From Pseudomonadota bacterium (GTDB lineage: Bacteria; UBA10199; 2-02-FULL-44-16; JAAZCA01), in the NCBI GenBank assembly GCA_043798915.1, contig JAZDOG010000083.1:1-30410 (forward strand): 30,410 bases of DNA. The letters are read 5' to 3'. The stretch's first letter is position 1; each line of letters starts with the position of its first letter. A program made the translations under genes and the position numbers. A model generated the notes under the pieces. The model was not told where the DNA came from and ran no database searches. It worked only from the letters and a program-made list of their open reading frames with translations. Positions 17,172 to 26,200 of the stretch are shown here, in pieces.

Positions 17172-18440
17172 TTAGTCGCCCGTCCGCACGAAGTGCATCG
17201 GAATGTCCTTGATGTGAACCTCTCTCTGCGTGCTTGCGCGCATGTCGCGGATGGTCGCCGTGCCCTTTGCGACCTCGTCGTCGCCGAGGATCACGACCGT
17301 CTCCGCGCCGATCCTGCTGGCGCGGCGCATCTGCGCCTTGAGCGAGCGAGCGCCGTAGTCCCATTCGACCCTCACCCCGTCGCGCCTTAGCGTCTGGACG
17401 ATGGGGATGGCGGCGGCCTGCGCAGCCTCGCCCAGCACCGCGAAGAATATGATGTCCTCGAACGGAGGTTTCTTGCCCGCTCCCTCGAGCAGCAGCACGA
17501 GCCTCTCGATGCCGAGGGCGAACCCCACGCCGGCTATCTCCGGCCCACCCAGCGATTTCACCAGGCCGTCGTAGCGGCCGCCGCCGACGACGGCGCTCTG
17601 GCTCCCAAGCGCCTTCGATGTGAATTCGAATGCCGTGCGGACATAGTAGTCGAGTCCCCTCACGATGCGGACGTTTTCCACATACGGGACCGACATTCCG
17701 TCCAGCGCGCGCTTCACCGCGCTGAAGTGGCCGCGGCACGCCTCGCACCAGTGGTCGGAAATCTTCGGGGCGTCCTTGAGGATCTTTCTGCAGTTCTCCT
17801 GTTTGCAGTCGAAGACGCGCGATGGGTTGCGGGAGAGGCGCCTCGTGCAGTCCTCGCAGAGGTGCGCCGCGCGCGCCGTGAGAAAGACGACGAGTGCCTC
17901 GTTGAACGATGGCCTGCAATCGGCGCAGCCGATGGAGTTTATCTCGAGCGCCACATCCCGGGCCCCCACCTCGCCGAGGAAGTGGGAGGTCATCGCTATC
18001 GTCTCCGCATCCGCGACCGGGCTCTCCACCCCCAGGATCTCGCAGCCGATCTGGTAGAACTGCCGCTGCCTTCCTTTCTGCGGCCGTTCGCGCCTGAACA
18101 TCGGGCCCATGTAATAGTAGCGCGCGATGGGATCGGATATGCAGGCGCCCGATTCGATGTAGGCGCGCACGACAGATGCGGTCCCCTCAGGGCGCAGCGA
18201 GAGCGAATCGCCGCCCTGGTCGACGAAGGAGTACATCTCCTTTTCGACGATCGAGGTGCTCTCGCCCACGCCGCGCCGGAATAGTTCGGAGGGTTCCACG
18301 ATCGGCGTGCGGATTTCGTGATAGCCGTATTTGTCGAAGACGCGCCGCGCCGTCGACTCGATTTCCTGCCAGAGGGAGGAGACGGGGGGCAGGACATCGG
18401 CCATGCCCTTGACTGCGCTGAATTTTTTGGTGTCGGCCAT
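17172..18440 (-). CDS. hisS: Histidine--tRNA ligase
   Basis: 422 aa; LRPEGTA, FRRERPQKGRQRQFYQ, VRGLDYY and GGGRYDGL. Abuts aspS. Confidence 0.99.
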   Translation of the reverse strand: MADTKKFSAVKGMADVLPPVSSLWQEIESTARRVFDKYGYHEIRTPIVEPSELFRRGVGESTSIVEKEMYSFVDQGGDSLSLRPEGTASVVRAYIESGACISDPIARYYYMGPMFRRERPQKGRQRQFYQIGCEILGVESPVADAETIAMTSHFLGEVGARDVALEINSIGCADCRPSFNEALVVFLTARAAHLCEDCTRRLSRNPSRVFDCKQENCRKILKDAPKISDHWCEACRGHFSAVKRALDGMSVPYVENVRIVRGLDYYVRTAFEFTSKALGSQSAVVGGGRYDGLVKSLGGPEIAGVGFALGIERLVLLLEGAGKKPPFEDIIFFAVLGEAAQAAAIPIVQTLRRDGVRVEWDYGARSLKAQMRRASRIGAETVVILGDDEVAKGTATIRDMRASTQREVHIKDIPMHFVRTGD

Positions 18441-18448
18441 TCCGGCGA

Positions 18449-18516
18449 TTTATGCAGAACTGGTGGGCGCCTGTCAATGCAATTGCCTTGATAACATCCG
18501 GAAAAACAATTACTAT
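18449..18516. promoter_or_regulatory. Back-to-back sigma70-like promoters for hisS (-) and the lipoprotein gene (+)
   Basis: Plus strand: TTGATA (18488-18493)-17-TACTAT (18511-18516), 6 nt before ATG 18523. Minus strand: TTGACA (18477-18472)-17-CATAAA, 9 nt before the hisS ATG. Confidence 0.6.
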
Positions 18517-18522
18517 CTGCAA

Positions 18523-19590
18523 ATGAGGGTCTTCGTCCGACTAGGGATAATCATCGTTCTGCTCTCCACCACGGCATGCTGGAACCCCTTCAAAAATCCC
18601 TTCGCGAGCAGCAGCGGCAGCAGCAGTCCATCCACGGAACCAGGCCGCGTGATCGAGGCTACTGCGAAGTATTCGCTGGCGATCGGCGGGGTGGCGCCCG
18701 GCCGCGATGAGGTTGTCATCTACGACGCGAGCGGAGACATCAGCGACTTCGGCAGCCGCACGCTCGCCTGCGCGGCCGACAGCCAGATCGTGTTTTTGAG
18801 AAACAGGCCCGGCTTCGACACGCCAGCCGCCGGCAGCGGGGTGCAGGTGGTCGCCGTCGAGCCCGGCGTCACCGCTGTCCGCTGCACGCTCGACGGAGAC
18901 GCCGTCGGCGGAGTCTATGAGATCACCGTTCCGCCGCAGAACCTGATCCAGATACTCGTCGCCGAGGCGGGGGCCCAGCTCTCGGCGGAGGCAAAGATCG
19001 ACAGTTCGAGCGGTTCGGATGCCGTCGCCCTGGACAGCGTGAGCAAGACCGGGGATGCGATAGGTTCCGTGATACGCAACCGCATAGACAAAATCAATAT
19101 AGCGAAAAATCCAAGCCTCTTTTCCGCCGACCCGAAGGCTTATGACGCCGACGCTCCGGTATCTTATTATGATGCGGTGATCGAAGCAGCGGGACAGTTT
19201 TCGCCGGTCGACCCCAAGGATTCGTCGCACGCGATCTTCGACAAGGCGCAGGACCGCAACTTTCTCGACGGGGACTATGTCGTAGCCTACGATCAGGCGG
19301 TCATCATAGCTGCCGGCATATTCAACGGAGATATCAGCGATTCGACCGGAGGGTCCTTCGCGTTCCGTTCGCCCACGGCTGAGGAGTGGACTTCCGTCGA
19401 AAGCGCCTGGACGATGCTCTTGTCTCAAGTGCCGGCCGACGCAGGTTTTTCTGACGCAACTTTTCCGGACCTCGCTCCGATCCAAATCCTCATCCAGCCG
19501 GATGTGTGGAAATATCCCGACGGCCGGCCTTCCTTCATCTTCGCTCGAAGCCGAACGGCAGCGGATTACGCAGTGGTGAATAAACCGTAA
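18523..19590 (+). CDS. Predicted lipoprotein with C-terminal SleB/CwlJ-like (Hydrolase_2) cell-wall hydrolase domain
   Basis: MRVFVRLGIIIVLLSTTA-C signal/lipobox and a Ser-rich linker. C-terminal ILVAEA...AIGSVIRNRI...VIEAAGQFS...D.TGG..F pattern. Confidence 0.65.
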   Translation: MRVFVRLGIIIVLLSTTACWNPFKNPFASSSGSSSPSTEPGRVIEATAKYSLAIGGVAPGRDEVVIYDASGDISDFGSRTLACAADSQIVFLRNRPGFDTPAAGSGVQVVAVEPGVTAVRCTLDGDAVGGVYEITVPPQNLIQILVAEAGAQLSAEAKIDSSSGSDAVALDSVSKTGDAIGSVIRNRIDKINIAKNPSLFSADPKAYDADAPVSYYDAVIEAAGQFSPVDPKDSSHAIFDKAQDRNFLDGDYVVAYDQAVIIAAGIFNGDISDSTGGSFAFRSPTAEEWTSVESAWTMLLSQVPADAGFSDATFPDLAPIQILIQPDVWKYPDGRPSFIFARSRTAADYAVVNKP

Positions 19591-19593
19591 GAA

Positions 19594-20445
19594 TCAGCGT
19601 CTGTCTGCCACATCGTCCAACAACGCCTGCATGCCTATTCCCAAATCCTGGCCGACGCCATCCACGATCTCTGCCCCTATCGGAATGGGGACTTTCCTGA
19701 CGAATCCCTCGAAGAGCGAGTTGTCCGCGATGATGTTCACGAGCCTGGGATTTCCCAGCGAGAGCTCGTAGATCCTCCGGAGCGCCTCGGCGGAGAATAT
19801 GTTCTGGCTCGACCCCGCATGGAAGAGCCTGAAGCGGACGTAGTCCGATACCACCTCGGGAGAAAAATTCTTGAGCTCATAGCGCACCGCGGTCCGCTGT
19901 TTCAGCGCCGGATCGAGCGAGAGACAGCCGTCGAGCTCCGGCATGCCGAACATCACGAAGGAGATCAGCTTGGAGGCGGCGAGTTCGAGGTTTAAAAGGC
20001 CCCGCACCTCCTCGAGGACCTGGCGATTCTTGAGCATGTGCGCCTCGTCCACGATGATGACGGCCCTGCGCCCCTCCTCCGAGATGCGGTTCAATCTTTC
20101 GTACAGGCGGCCGATGATATCCACCTTCCCACCGCCCGTGTCTTCGACGCCGAACTGTGCCGCAACCCTCTTCACGAGCCACTCGCTCGTCACATCGGTG
20201 TGGAGGACGACGAGCATGGAGACTTCATACTTCTCCTCCGGCAGCGCTTCGAGGAGCCTGCGCGCCAGGAGCGTCTTCCCCGTCCCGATCTCGCCTACGA
20301 GCACCGCGAGCCCCTTCATCGCCTCGACCGAGCGCATCAGGCGTATGAAGGCCTGATCGTGCTGGTCGTTGTGATAGTAGAAATTCGTGAGAGGCACGAC
20401 CGAGAAGGGCTCTTCCTTGAGTTCGTAATATGCTAGATGATCCAT
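19594..20445 (-). CDS. ExeA/GspA-family AAA ATPase
   Basis: 283 aa; YYELKEEPFS, GEIGTGKT, IIVDEAH, GMPEL and GNPRLVNIIADNSL. Confidence 0.9.
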   Translation of the reverse strand: MDHLAYYELKEEPFSVVPLTNFYYHNDQHDQAFIRLMRSVEAMKGLAVLVGEIGTGKTLLARRLLEALPEEKYEVSMLVVLHTDVTSEWLVKRVAAQFGVEDTGGGKVDIIGRLYERLNRISEEGRRAVIIVDEAHMLKNRQVLEEVRGLLNLELAASKLISFVMFGMPELDGCLSLDPALKQRTAVRYELKNFSPEVVSDYVRFRLFHAGSSQNIFSAEALRRIYELSLGNPRLVNIIADNSLFEGFVRKVPIPIGAEIVDGVGQDLGIGMQALLDDVADRR

Positions 20446-20454
20446 AGCGGATTA

Positions 20455-21897
20455 TTATACAAACGATACCTTCTTTTTACTCTCTTTTTCTTTCAATTTT
20501 TCAGGCTGCGCTTCGGTCCTGCGAGCTGGCGGAGCAGCGGGTTTCTCCTCTATCTGGGAGAGGCGCCTGGAGATATCTTCGTCCTTTGTGCCGCTTTCAA
20601 GGCAGCTCCGGTATATATCCGCCGCCTTCTTGAGCTCCGAGGCCGCTTCGTCGGCGAGCCCCATCCGCCTGTAGGCCATCCCGAGATCGAACGCCGCAGC
20701 GGCGATCTGGAGATCGGGCGTCCTTACAACCGGTTTCTCGACCGGCGCAGCCTGTTTAGCTGCAGGCTTGGTTGAAGGCGCGGCCTGTTTGGCTGCGGGC
20801 CTCGTCGAAGGTGCGGCCGGGGGCGCGGCCTTGTGCGGCGCGGGTTTTGGCTCAGCGGGCGGTTTCGCGGCGGCGGCCTCGGGCGGCGCCGCTTTCTTTT
20901 TCTCTTCCTCGTCCTGCCTTCGCCCCTCCTCCTTCTCGATCTCCTCCCGGATCTGCCTGGCGCGCGCGGCGACCTCCGGAAATGAGCCGGGCCTCAGCTC
21001 TTCAACATAGCGGGAGATGCGATCCTCCTCGTCCGGGAGGAGCACGAGGATTTCACAATAGGCCTCGATCGCGCCTTCGACGTCACCGGAAGCCTTGAGC
21101 AGCTCGGCCAGGGCCAGGAACTTTGCTCGCGCTGTTTCATTCTGATTTTGAGAGGAGTATATCTTTGCCGCAAGGCGCAGGAGGCTCGAGTCCTGTTCGA
21201 CCACATCCTTCCCCGAATCGAGCCATTTCAGTATCTTCTTGTGATCCCCCATCCCTTCGTAGATGCCGATCAGCTTTTTGAGCATGTCGTGGTTGTCGGG
21301 CCTGTGCGCCAGTATCTTCTCGAAGATATCTGCGAGCCCTGATTTGTCGCTGCCGCTCGCTTCCATCTGCTTGGCGTATTCCTCATACTGGTCTATCGCC
21401 TCCTCGATCTTGCCCTCGCGCTGGTATATCTCCGCGAGCTTCACGCGCGCGGTTCCGTCCCTGGGGGCGAGCCTCACTAACTTGAGCCTGGCCTCGAGGA
21501 CGCGGTCGGTCTGCCCCTTCATTTCGAGCGCGGCCGCGAGGATGTCGTATTGGCGAATCGCATCCTGCACGAGCCCCATGCTTTCATAGAGGGAGGCCAG
21601 CTGTTCATTGGTCTCGGTGAGGGAGGGGTTGAGCCTCAGGATGTTTTTGTGGACGGTGACGGCCTTGAGGTAGAAGCCCTCCACGGCGTATGCGTTCGCG
21701 ACTTCACGGTATATGCGGATGGCCTCGGTGATCTGCTTGCGCTTGGTGTAGAGCTCCGCGATGCGGAGCTTCACGCGGAGGTCGCTCGGGTCTGCCACGA
21801 GCAGCTTCTCGTATTCCCGGATGGCCCTGTCGTACTTCCCCTCGGCGATGAAGTCGCGGGCCGTGTCGAGAATTTTTTCCTTGTTCAGGATCGTCAC
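20455..21897 (-). CDS. TPR protein, SgmX/Bd2492-like N-terminus
   Basis: Start taken at GTG 21897 after GGAG. KEKILDTARDFIAEGKYDRAIREYEKLL...GFYLKAVTVHKNILRLNP TPR array, Pro/Ala linker, C-terminal TPR, ends KKKVSFV. TPR call is firm; SgmX similarity is from recall. Confidence 0.75.
   Translation of the reverse strand: MTILNKEKILDTARDFIAEGKYDRAIREYEKLLVADPSDLRVKLRIAELYTKRKQITEAIRIYREVANAYAVEGFYLKAVTVHKNILRLNPSLTETNEQLASLYESMGLVQDAIRQYDILAAALEMKGQTDRVLEARLKLVRLAPRDGTARVKLAEIYQREGKIEEAIDQYEEYAKQMEASGSDKSGLADIFEKILAHRPDNHDMLKKLIGIYEGMGDHKKILKWLDSGKDVVEQDSSLLRLAAKIYSSQNQNETARAKFLALAELLKASGDVEGAIEAYCEILVLLPDEEDRISRYVEELRPGSFPEVAARARQIREEIEKEEGRRQDEEEKKKAAPPEAAAAKPPAEPKPAPHKAAPPAAPSTRPAAKQAAPSTKPAAKQAAPVEKPVVRTPDLQIAAAAFDLGMAYRRMGLADEAASELKKAADIYRSCLESGTKDEDISRRLSQIEEKPAAPPARRTEAQPEKLKEKESKKKVSFV
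20744..20809. repeat. Two 33-bp coding tandem repeats (PSTRPAAKQAA/PSTKPAAKQAA) in the TPR protein linker
   Basis: GGCGCAGCCTGTTTAGCTGCAGGCTTGGTTGAA followed by GGCGCGGCCTGTTTGGCTGCGGGCCTCGTCGAA. Confidence 0.85.
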
Positions 21898-21916
21898 CCT
21901 GTTCTCCGGCACGCCG

Positions 21917-22471
21917 TCAATCGGGTGAAGCGGGCAGTGCCTCAAGACCCCTTCTCGCGGCCTCGTTTCCGGGGTCGGAGGTGAGGATCGACTTGAAGAT
22001 CGCGCGGGCCTGATCGAAGTGCCCCTGGGTTGCATAGATGCTGGCCATGGTGAGCGTCCTCCAGGAGGGCGCTGGCGGCTCTGCGACAGGCTTTTTATCG
22101 GTTTTTTCCGCAGGATTGTTTCTGCTGTCGTGCACGTCCGCCTCTGAATCCCTGCTTAGATACATGTTGATCTTTTTCAGGAGCTCGTGGGCCGACATAT
22201 TTTCCGGTGCGATCGAGAGGGCATCCTTGAGATTTTCCTCCGCTTCCTCCCAGTTGCCGCGCCTCATATGGATCTTCGCCATCACCACTTTGCCGCTCAC
22301 GAGCGATGGGTGCCGTTTTATTCCCTCGCGGCAAACCTTCATCGCATCGTCGAGCATGCCGAAGGTGAGAAAATACTCGGCGATCGGGGCGAAAACGATC
22401 GAGTCAGGATCGTCCTGCCATTGCTTGTAGTATCGGAGAAAACAGGAATTGTTGAGGAGTTCCGGATGCAT
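21917..22471 (-). CDS. TPR protein
   Basis: DPDSIVFAPIAEYF..G.LDDA..VCREGIKRHP and C-terminal TLTMASIYATQGHFDQA..IF. Start uncertain (22471 or 22501). Confidence 0.8.
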   Translation of the reverse strand: MHPELLNNSCFLRYYKQWQDDPDSIVFAPIAEYFLTFGMLDDAMKVCREGIKRHPSLVSGKVVMAKIHMRRGNWEEAEENLKDALSIAPENMSAHELLKKINMYLSRDSEADVHDSRNNPAEKTDKKPVAEPPAPSWRTLTMASIYATQGHFDQARAIFKSILTSDPGNEAARRGLEALPASPD

Positions 22472-22519
22472 ATGACTGCAACGGAATACACGAAACAGCA
22501 TGCATAAGCAACGATTACG

Positions 22520-22732
22520 TTATGGAAACACCCGTTCTTTGTCGGAGAGCTTGAGGCCCAGGGCGAGCAGTATCTTGCGCATCGTGTCCATGCGGCATTG
22601 CATGCCTCTTTCGACGCGGTCGATGGTGAGGGCGGAGAGACCCGCCTTTCGCGCGAGTTCCGCCTTGCTCATGAGGATCTCCTCGCGGAGGCGCCGCACG
22701 TTATTCGGAATGATTTGTTTCTCTTTTGTCAT
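22520..22732 (-). CDS. Small Xre-family HTH regulator
   Basis: NNVRRLREEILMSKAELARKAGLSALTIDRVERG. Start at ATG 22732 or GTG 22744. Confidence 0.88.
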   Translation of the reverse strand: MTKEKQIIPNNVRRLREEILMSKAELARKAGLSALTIDRVERGMQCRMDTMRKILLALGLKLSDKERVFP

Positions 22733-22758
22733 ATCGGGCACCACTTATTAACTTCTGA

Positions 22759-22850
22759 TTATACACTCAAACCCACCTAAATCGTCAAGTATTTTTAAAA
22801 ATTTTAAACATTACAATATCAATTAATATAAATTAATATTAATTATAGAT
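22759..22850 (-). promoter_or_regulatory. AT-rich promoter region of the HTH-TPR-TPR-ExeA unit
   Basis: Minus strand TTGACG...TATAAT (19-nt spacing) upstream of the HTH gene, preceded by a ~60-bp almost pure A/T tract. Confidence 0.5.
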
Positions 22851-22880
22851 ACTTATAAGGAGAGGAGTTTAGAGGTTCCT

Positions 22881-23684
22881 CTACATAAACAGGTTCAAAT
22901 ACCAGGATATCGCCCTCTCCCCCACAAAGAGCTGGACGAACCCCGCCGCAACGAGAAACGGGCCGAAGGGCATTGCGTACTTCATGTCTTTGCGCAGAAT
23001 GACGATGAGGAGGAGACCGACGATGGAGCCGAGGATCGAGGAGAAAAGGAGCATGAACAGTGCCGCCTTCCACCCGAAGAAGGCCCCGAGCATCGCTATG
23101 AGCTTTATATCACCGCCGCCCAGCCCCTCCTGCTTTTTGAGTTTTTCGTAGACGAGGGCCACCAGAAAGAGGGCCAGCGAGCCGGCAAGGGCCCCGAGCA
23201 GCGAATCGAGGGCTGCGGCCTCCCTGTGCCCCGGGCCAGCGAGGAAGATATGCGCCCCGGCGCCGACGAATATCCCCGAGATCGAGATCTCGTCAGGGAT
23301 TATCAAATGTTTCAAGTCGATGAACGTGATGATGACGAGCGGGATGACGAAGAGGCAGAGATAGATGAAATACGGCAGCGGATGCCTGAAATGCCACCAT
23401 GTGAGCATTGAGAGCGCCGCGCAGATGAGTTCCACCATGGGATATCGGACTGAGATTTTCCTGCCGCATCCCCTGCAGCGGCCTTGGAGGAGGATGAAAC
23501 TCAGGATGGGGATGTTTTCTTTCCACCTCAGCCTGTGCCCGCAATGCGGGCAGTGCGACGACGGCCTGACGATCGATCTGCCGCGCGGCATCCTGACTAT
23601 GCAGACGTTGGCGAAGCTGCCCAGGACAGCGCCGATCATTCCGGCAAAGGTGTAGAAAAACCATGGAGGCATCGTTGCGAACAT
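22881..23684 (-). CDS. pilD: Type IV prepilin peptidase
   Basis: GSFANVCIVRMP, SHCPHC..C..C, FIDL...IIPD, GLGGGDIKL and PFGPF. Start at ATG 23684 or 23672; the longer ORF overlaps genes on the other strand. Confidence 0.95.
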   Translation of the reverse strand: MFATMPPWFFYTFAGMIGAVLGSFANVCIVRMPRGRSIVRPSSHCPHCGHRLRWKENIPILSFILLQGRCRGCGRKISVRYPMVELICAALSMLTWWHFRHPLPYFIYLCLFVIPLVIITFIDLKHLIIPDEISISGIFVGAGAHIFLAGPGHREAAALDSLLGALAGSLALFLVALVYEKLKKQEGLGGGDIKLIAMLGAFFGWKAALFMLLFSSILGSIVGLLLIVILRKDMKYAMPFGPFLVAAGFVQLFVGERAISWYLNLFM

Positions 23685-23759
23685 GCGGCGGACGGTAGCA
23701 CATGAACCGGCATAAGCCAAATCCTTGCCAGCCTCTGCCCTCTGTGTTAGATCGCCGAT

Positions 23760-24062
23760 ATGCCAAAACTTCCACGTCCAGAAGTCGAATATTTTGGAAA
23801 GATGGACATAAAAAAGCTGCAGAGGATCGCCGAGACCAGGCGCGACAAGCTTGCGAAGGATGAGAGGGATGAGCTCAAAAAGCTCCACTGGCGCAGGTGC
23901 GCTGAGTGCGGCATGGAGCTCGATCCCGTTCCTTTCAAGGGGATCACCGCGCACAAATGTTTCAACTGCGGCGGCGTGTTCCTCGAGGCGAAGGCGCTGG
24001 AAAAACTCTGCGGAGAGGAATTTCACATCATCGAGTCGTTTCTCGACCTGTTCAAATTTTGA
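23760..24062 (+). CDS. Zinc-ribbon (zf-TFIIB-like) protein
   Basis: 100 aa; E.EYF, charged helix, CAECGMEL...[10 protein letters not shown]. Confidence 0.8.
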   Translation: MPKLPRPEVEYFGKMDIKKLQRIAETRRDKLAKDERDELKKLHWRRCAECGMELDPVPFKGITAHKCFNCGGVFLEAKALEKLCGEEFHIIESFLDLFKF

Positions 24063-24069
24063 GGATTCA

Positions 24070-25113
24070 ATGGACACTATTAAAACCATAGAGTGGAAGG
24101 ACGACAAGGTGGTCATCCTCGATCAGCGCAGGCTCCCGACCGAAGAGGTCTACAACATCTACGAGGATTATCTGGGAGTTGCCCAGGCGATAAAGAGCAT
24201 GGCGATCCGTGGCGCCCCGGCGATCGGCGTCGCCGCGGCCATGGGGATGGCGCTCGGCGCGCAGGGGATCGGCGTCGATAGCTTCGACGAATTCTACAAG
24301 AAGCTCCTGGCGGTCGCGGACCGGATTGCCGAGACGAGGCCCACCGCCGTCAACCTCTTCTGGGCGCTCGAGCGGATGAAGGTGTGCGCGCAGGCGGCGA
24401 AGGATAAACCCCTGGCCGCGATCAGGGAGGCGCTGAAGATCGAAGCGCTCAACATCTGTGCGGAGGACATCGCGTCGAACAGGATGATAGGGCGCAACGG
24501 GGCGAAGCTCCTCAAGGACGGCATGACCGTGCTCACGCATTGCAACGCGGGCGCGCTGGCGACGGCGGGCTACGGGACGGCGCTGGGCGTCATCTATGCG
24601 GCGACGGACGCAGGCAAGCGCATCCACGTCATCGCCGATGAGACGAGGCCCCGCTTGCAGGGCGCAAAGCTCACGGCGTGGGAGCTGCAGAAACACGGCA
24701 TCGAGGTGACCGTCATCGCCGACACGATGGCGGGTTCGCTGATGAAGAAGGGGAAGATCGACGCCTGTATCGTCGGCGCGGACCGGATCGCGGCAAACGG
24801 CGACGTCGCAAACAAGATCGGCACCTATCAGGTCGCGGTGCTAGCCCTGCGCCACCGGATACCGTTCTACGTGGCCGCGCCGTTGTCGACGATCGATCCC
24901 AAAATCGCGAGCGGCGACGACATACCGATAGAGGAGCGCGACCCGCGCGAGGTGACGCACATCGGATCGGTGCAGATCACGCCGGACTATGTCGAGGTGA
25001 TAAACCCGGCGTTCGACGTGACCCCCGCCGAGCTCGTCGCGGCGATCATAACCGAGAAGGGCATCGCCGAAGCGCCCTATCAATCCTCGCTCGCCGCGCT
25101 GTTTGAGGTTTAA
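24070..25113 (+). CDS. mtnA: S-methyl-5-thioribose-1-phosphate isomerase
   Basis: [45 protein letters not shown] and [21 protein letters not shown] 24070 after GAGG. Confidence 0.97.
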   Translation: MDTIKTIEWKDDKVVILDQRRLPTEEVYNIYEDYLGVAQAIKSMAIRGAPAIGVAAAMGMALGAQGIGVDSFDEFYKKLLAVADRIAETRPTAVNLFWALERMKVCAQAAKDKPLAAIREALKIEALNICAEDIASNRMIGRNGAKLLKDGMTVLTHCNAGALATAGYGTALGVIYAATDAGKRIHVIADETRPRLQGAKLTAWELQKHGIEVTVIADTMAGSLMKKGKIDACIVGADRIAANGDVANKIGTYQVAVLALRHRIPFYVAAPLSTIDPKIASGDDIPIEERDPREVTHIGSVQITPDYVEVINPAFDVTPAELVAAIITEKGIAEAPYQSSLAALFEV

Positions 25114-25114
25114 T

Positions 25115-26110
25115 CTATTCAATCTGCCGGACTTTAATGCCGGCTCCCTTGAGGAGCTTCATCGGCACATCCTCGATCGTATATGACTTGCTGTAGACGA
25201 CCTCGGCGAGCCCGGAGTTGAGGATCATCTTCGTGCAGATGAGGCAGGGCGACAGGGTGCAGTAGATCGAGGCATCCTTGATCGACACGCCGTGATAGGC
25301 GGCCTGGACGATCGCGTTCTCCTCGGCGTGGGAGCAGAGACATTCCTCGAGTTTCTCGCCCGGTGCGCCGAAGCGGTTGCAGCGCGGGCACCCGCCCTCG
25401 CTGCAGTTTGCCACCCCCCTCGGGGTGCCGTTGTAGCCGGTCGAGATGATCCGCTTGTCCTTTACGATCACCGCCGCGACCTTTCGCTTGATGCAGTTGC
25501 TTCTGAGCGCCACGACCCGCGCGATCCCCATGAAGTATTCGTCCCACCCGGGGCGCTCAGTGGCCGCGGCCAGCGCCTGCACGACCTGCCGCACCTGCTC
25601 GCGCAGCTCCTCGATCGTGCCATTGTTGCAGACGACCGCGTCGGCCATCTCGCCGGTGCGGTTCATCTGCTGGGTCGCAGGGTCCGGCGACTGGGCCTCG
25701 CGCGACTCGAGATCCTGAAACTCCTCGTAGGTCGTCGGGTCGGATTCGCGGTTGCGGTCCTTCACCCTCTCGAATCTGACCTTCGGATCCGCTTCGATCG
25801 CCAGGAGATGAAACGATTTGCGCCTCCGGAGCGCCTCGACCTCGAATGGATTTCTTACGGAATCGACTACGGCATGGGCATCGGGGCTTAGACGTTCGAG
25901 GATGCGCTCGGCGAGCACGCCAGCGCCGAATTTCCGGCGGAGATCGTTCGCCGTCTTGACCAGCAGCTCGCGCGTGACCGCCTCGCCGCCCTTCGCTATC
26001 TCCTCGCGCACGGCGTCGGAGAGCGAGTGATATTCATAGCCGCTGTCGGTGAGGAACTTCGCTACTTCGCCCTTGCCAGACCCGTTTTTCCCCGTGAGCC
26101 CTATGATCAT
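25115..26110 (-). CDS. P-loop nucleotide kinase-like domain fused to dCMP deaminase
   Basis: 331 aa; N-terminal IIGLTGKNGSGKG and VVDSVRNPFEV. C-terminal RPGWDEYFM, STGYNGTP, HAEENAI and PCLIC. Confidence 0.92.
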   Translation of the reverse strand: MIIGLTGKNGSGKGEVAKFLTDSGYEYHSLSDAVREEIAKGGEAVTRELLVKTANDLRRKFGAGVLAERILERLSPDAHAVVDSVRNPFEVEALRRRKSFHLLAIEADPKVRFERVKDRNRESDPTTYEEFQDLESREAQSPDPATQQMNRTGEMADAVVCNNGTIEELREQVRQVVQALAAATERPGWDEYFMGIARVVALRSNCIKRKVAAVIVKDKRIISTGYNGTPRGVANCSEGGCPRCNRFGAPGEKLEECLCSHAEENAIVQAAYHGVSIKDASIYCTLSPCLICTKMILNSGLAEVVYSKSYTIEDVPMKLLKGAGIKVRQIE

Positions 26111-26162
26111 GCTGCCGCGACTAGCATGAAATCGAGTTCAGGGGCAACGGGAATCGACCCAG

Positions 26163-26190
26163 TTGACAATTGTTTTTTGTTCAATACAAT
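26163..26190 (+). promoter_or_regulatory. Sigma70-like promoter of the ABC operon
   Basis: TTGACA (26163-26168)-16-TACAAT (26185-26190), 10 nt before ATG 26201. Confidence 0.7.
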
Positions 26191-26200
26191 TCACGCCGCA

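Noticed and set aside
15936..17390. Long antisense ORFs over aspS/hisS and other GC-rich genes (also 18541-19485, 27788-28777)
   Set aside because: Shadow ORFs typical of high-GC codon usage opposite well-supported genes.
23685..24116. Long N-terminal extensions of pilD (to 24116) and mtnA (from 23851)
   Set aside because: They overlap the zinc-ribbon gene and each other; family similarity starts at 23684 and 24070.
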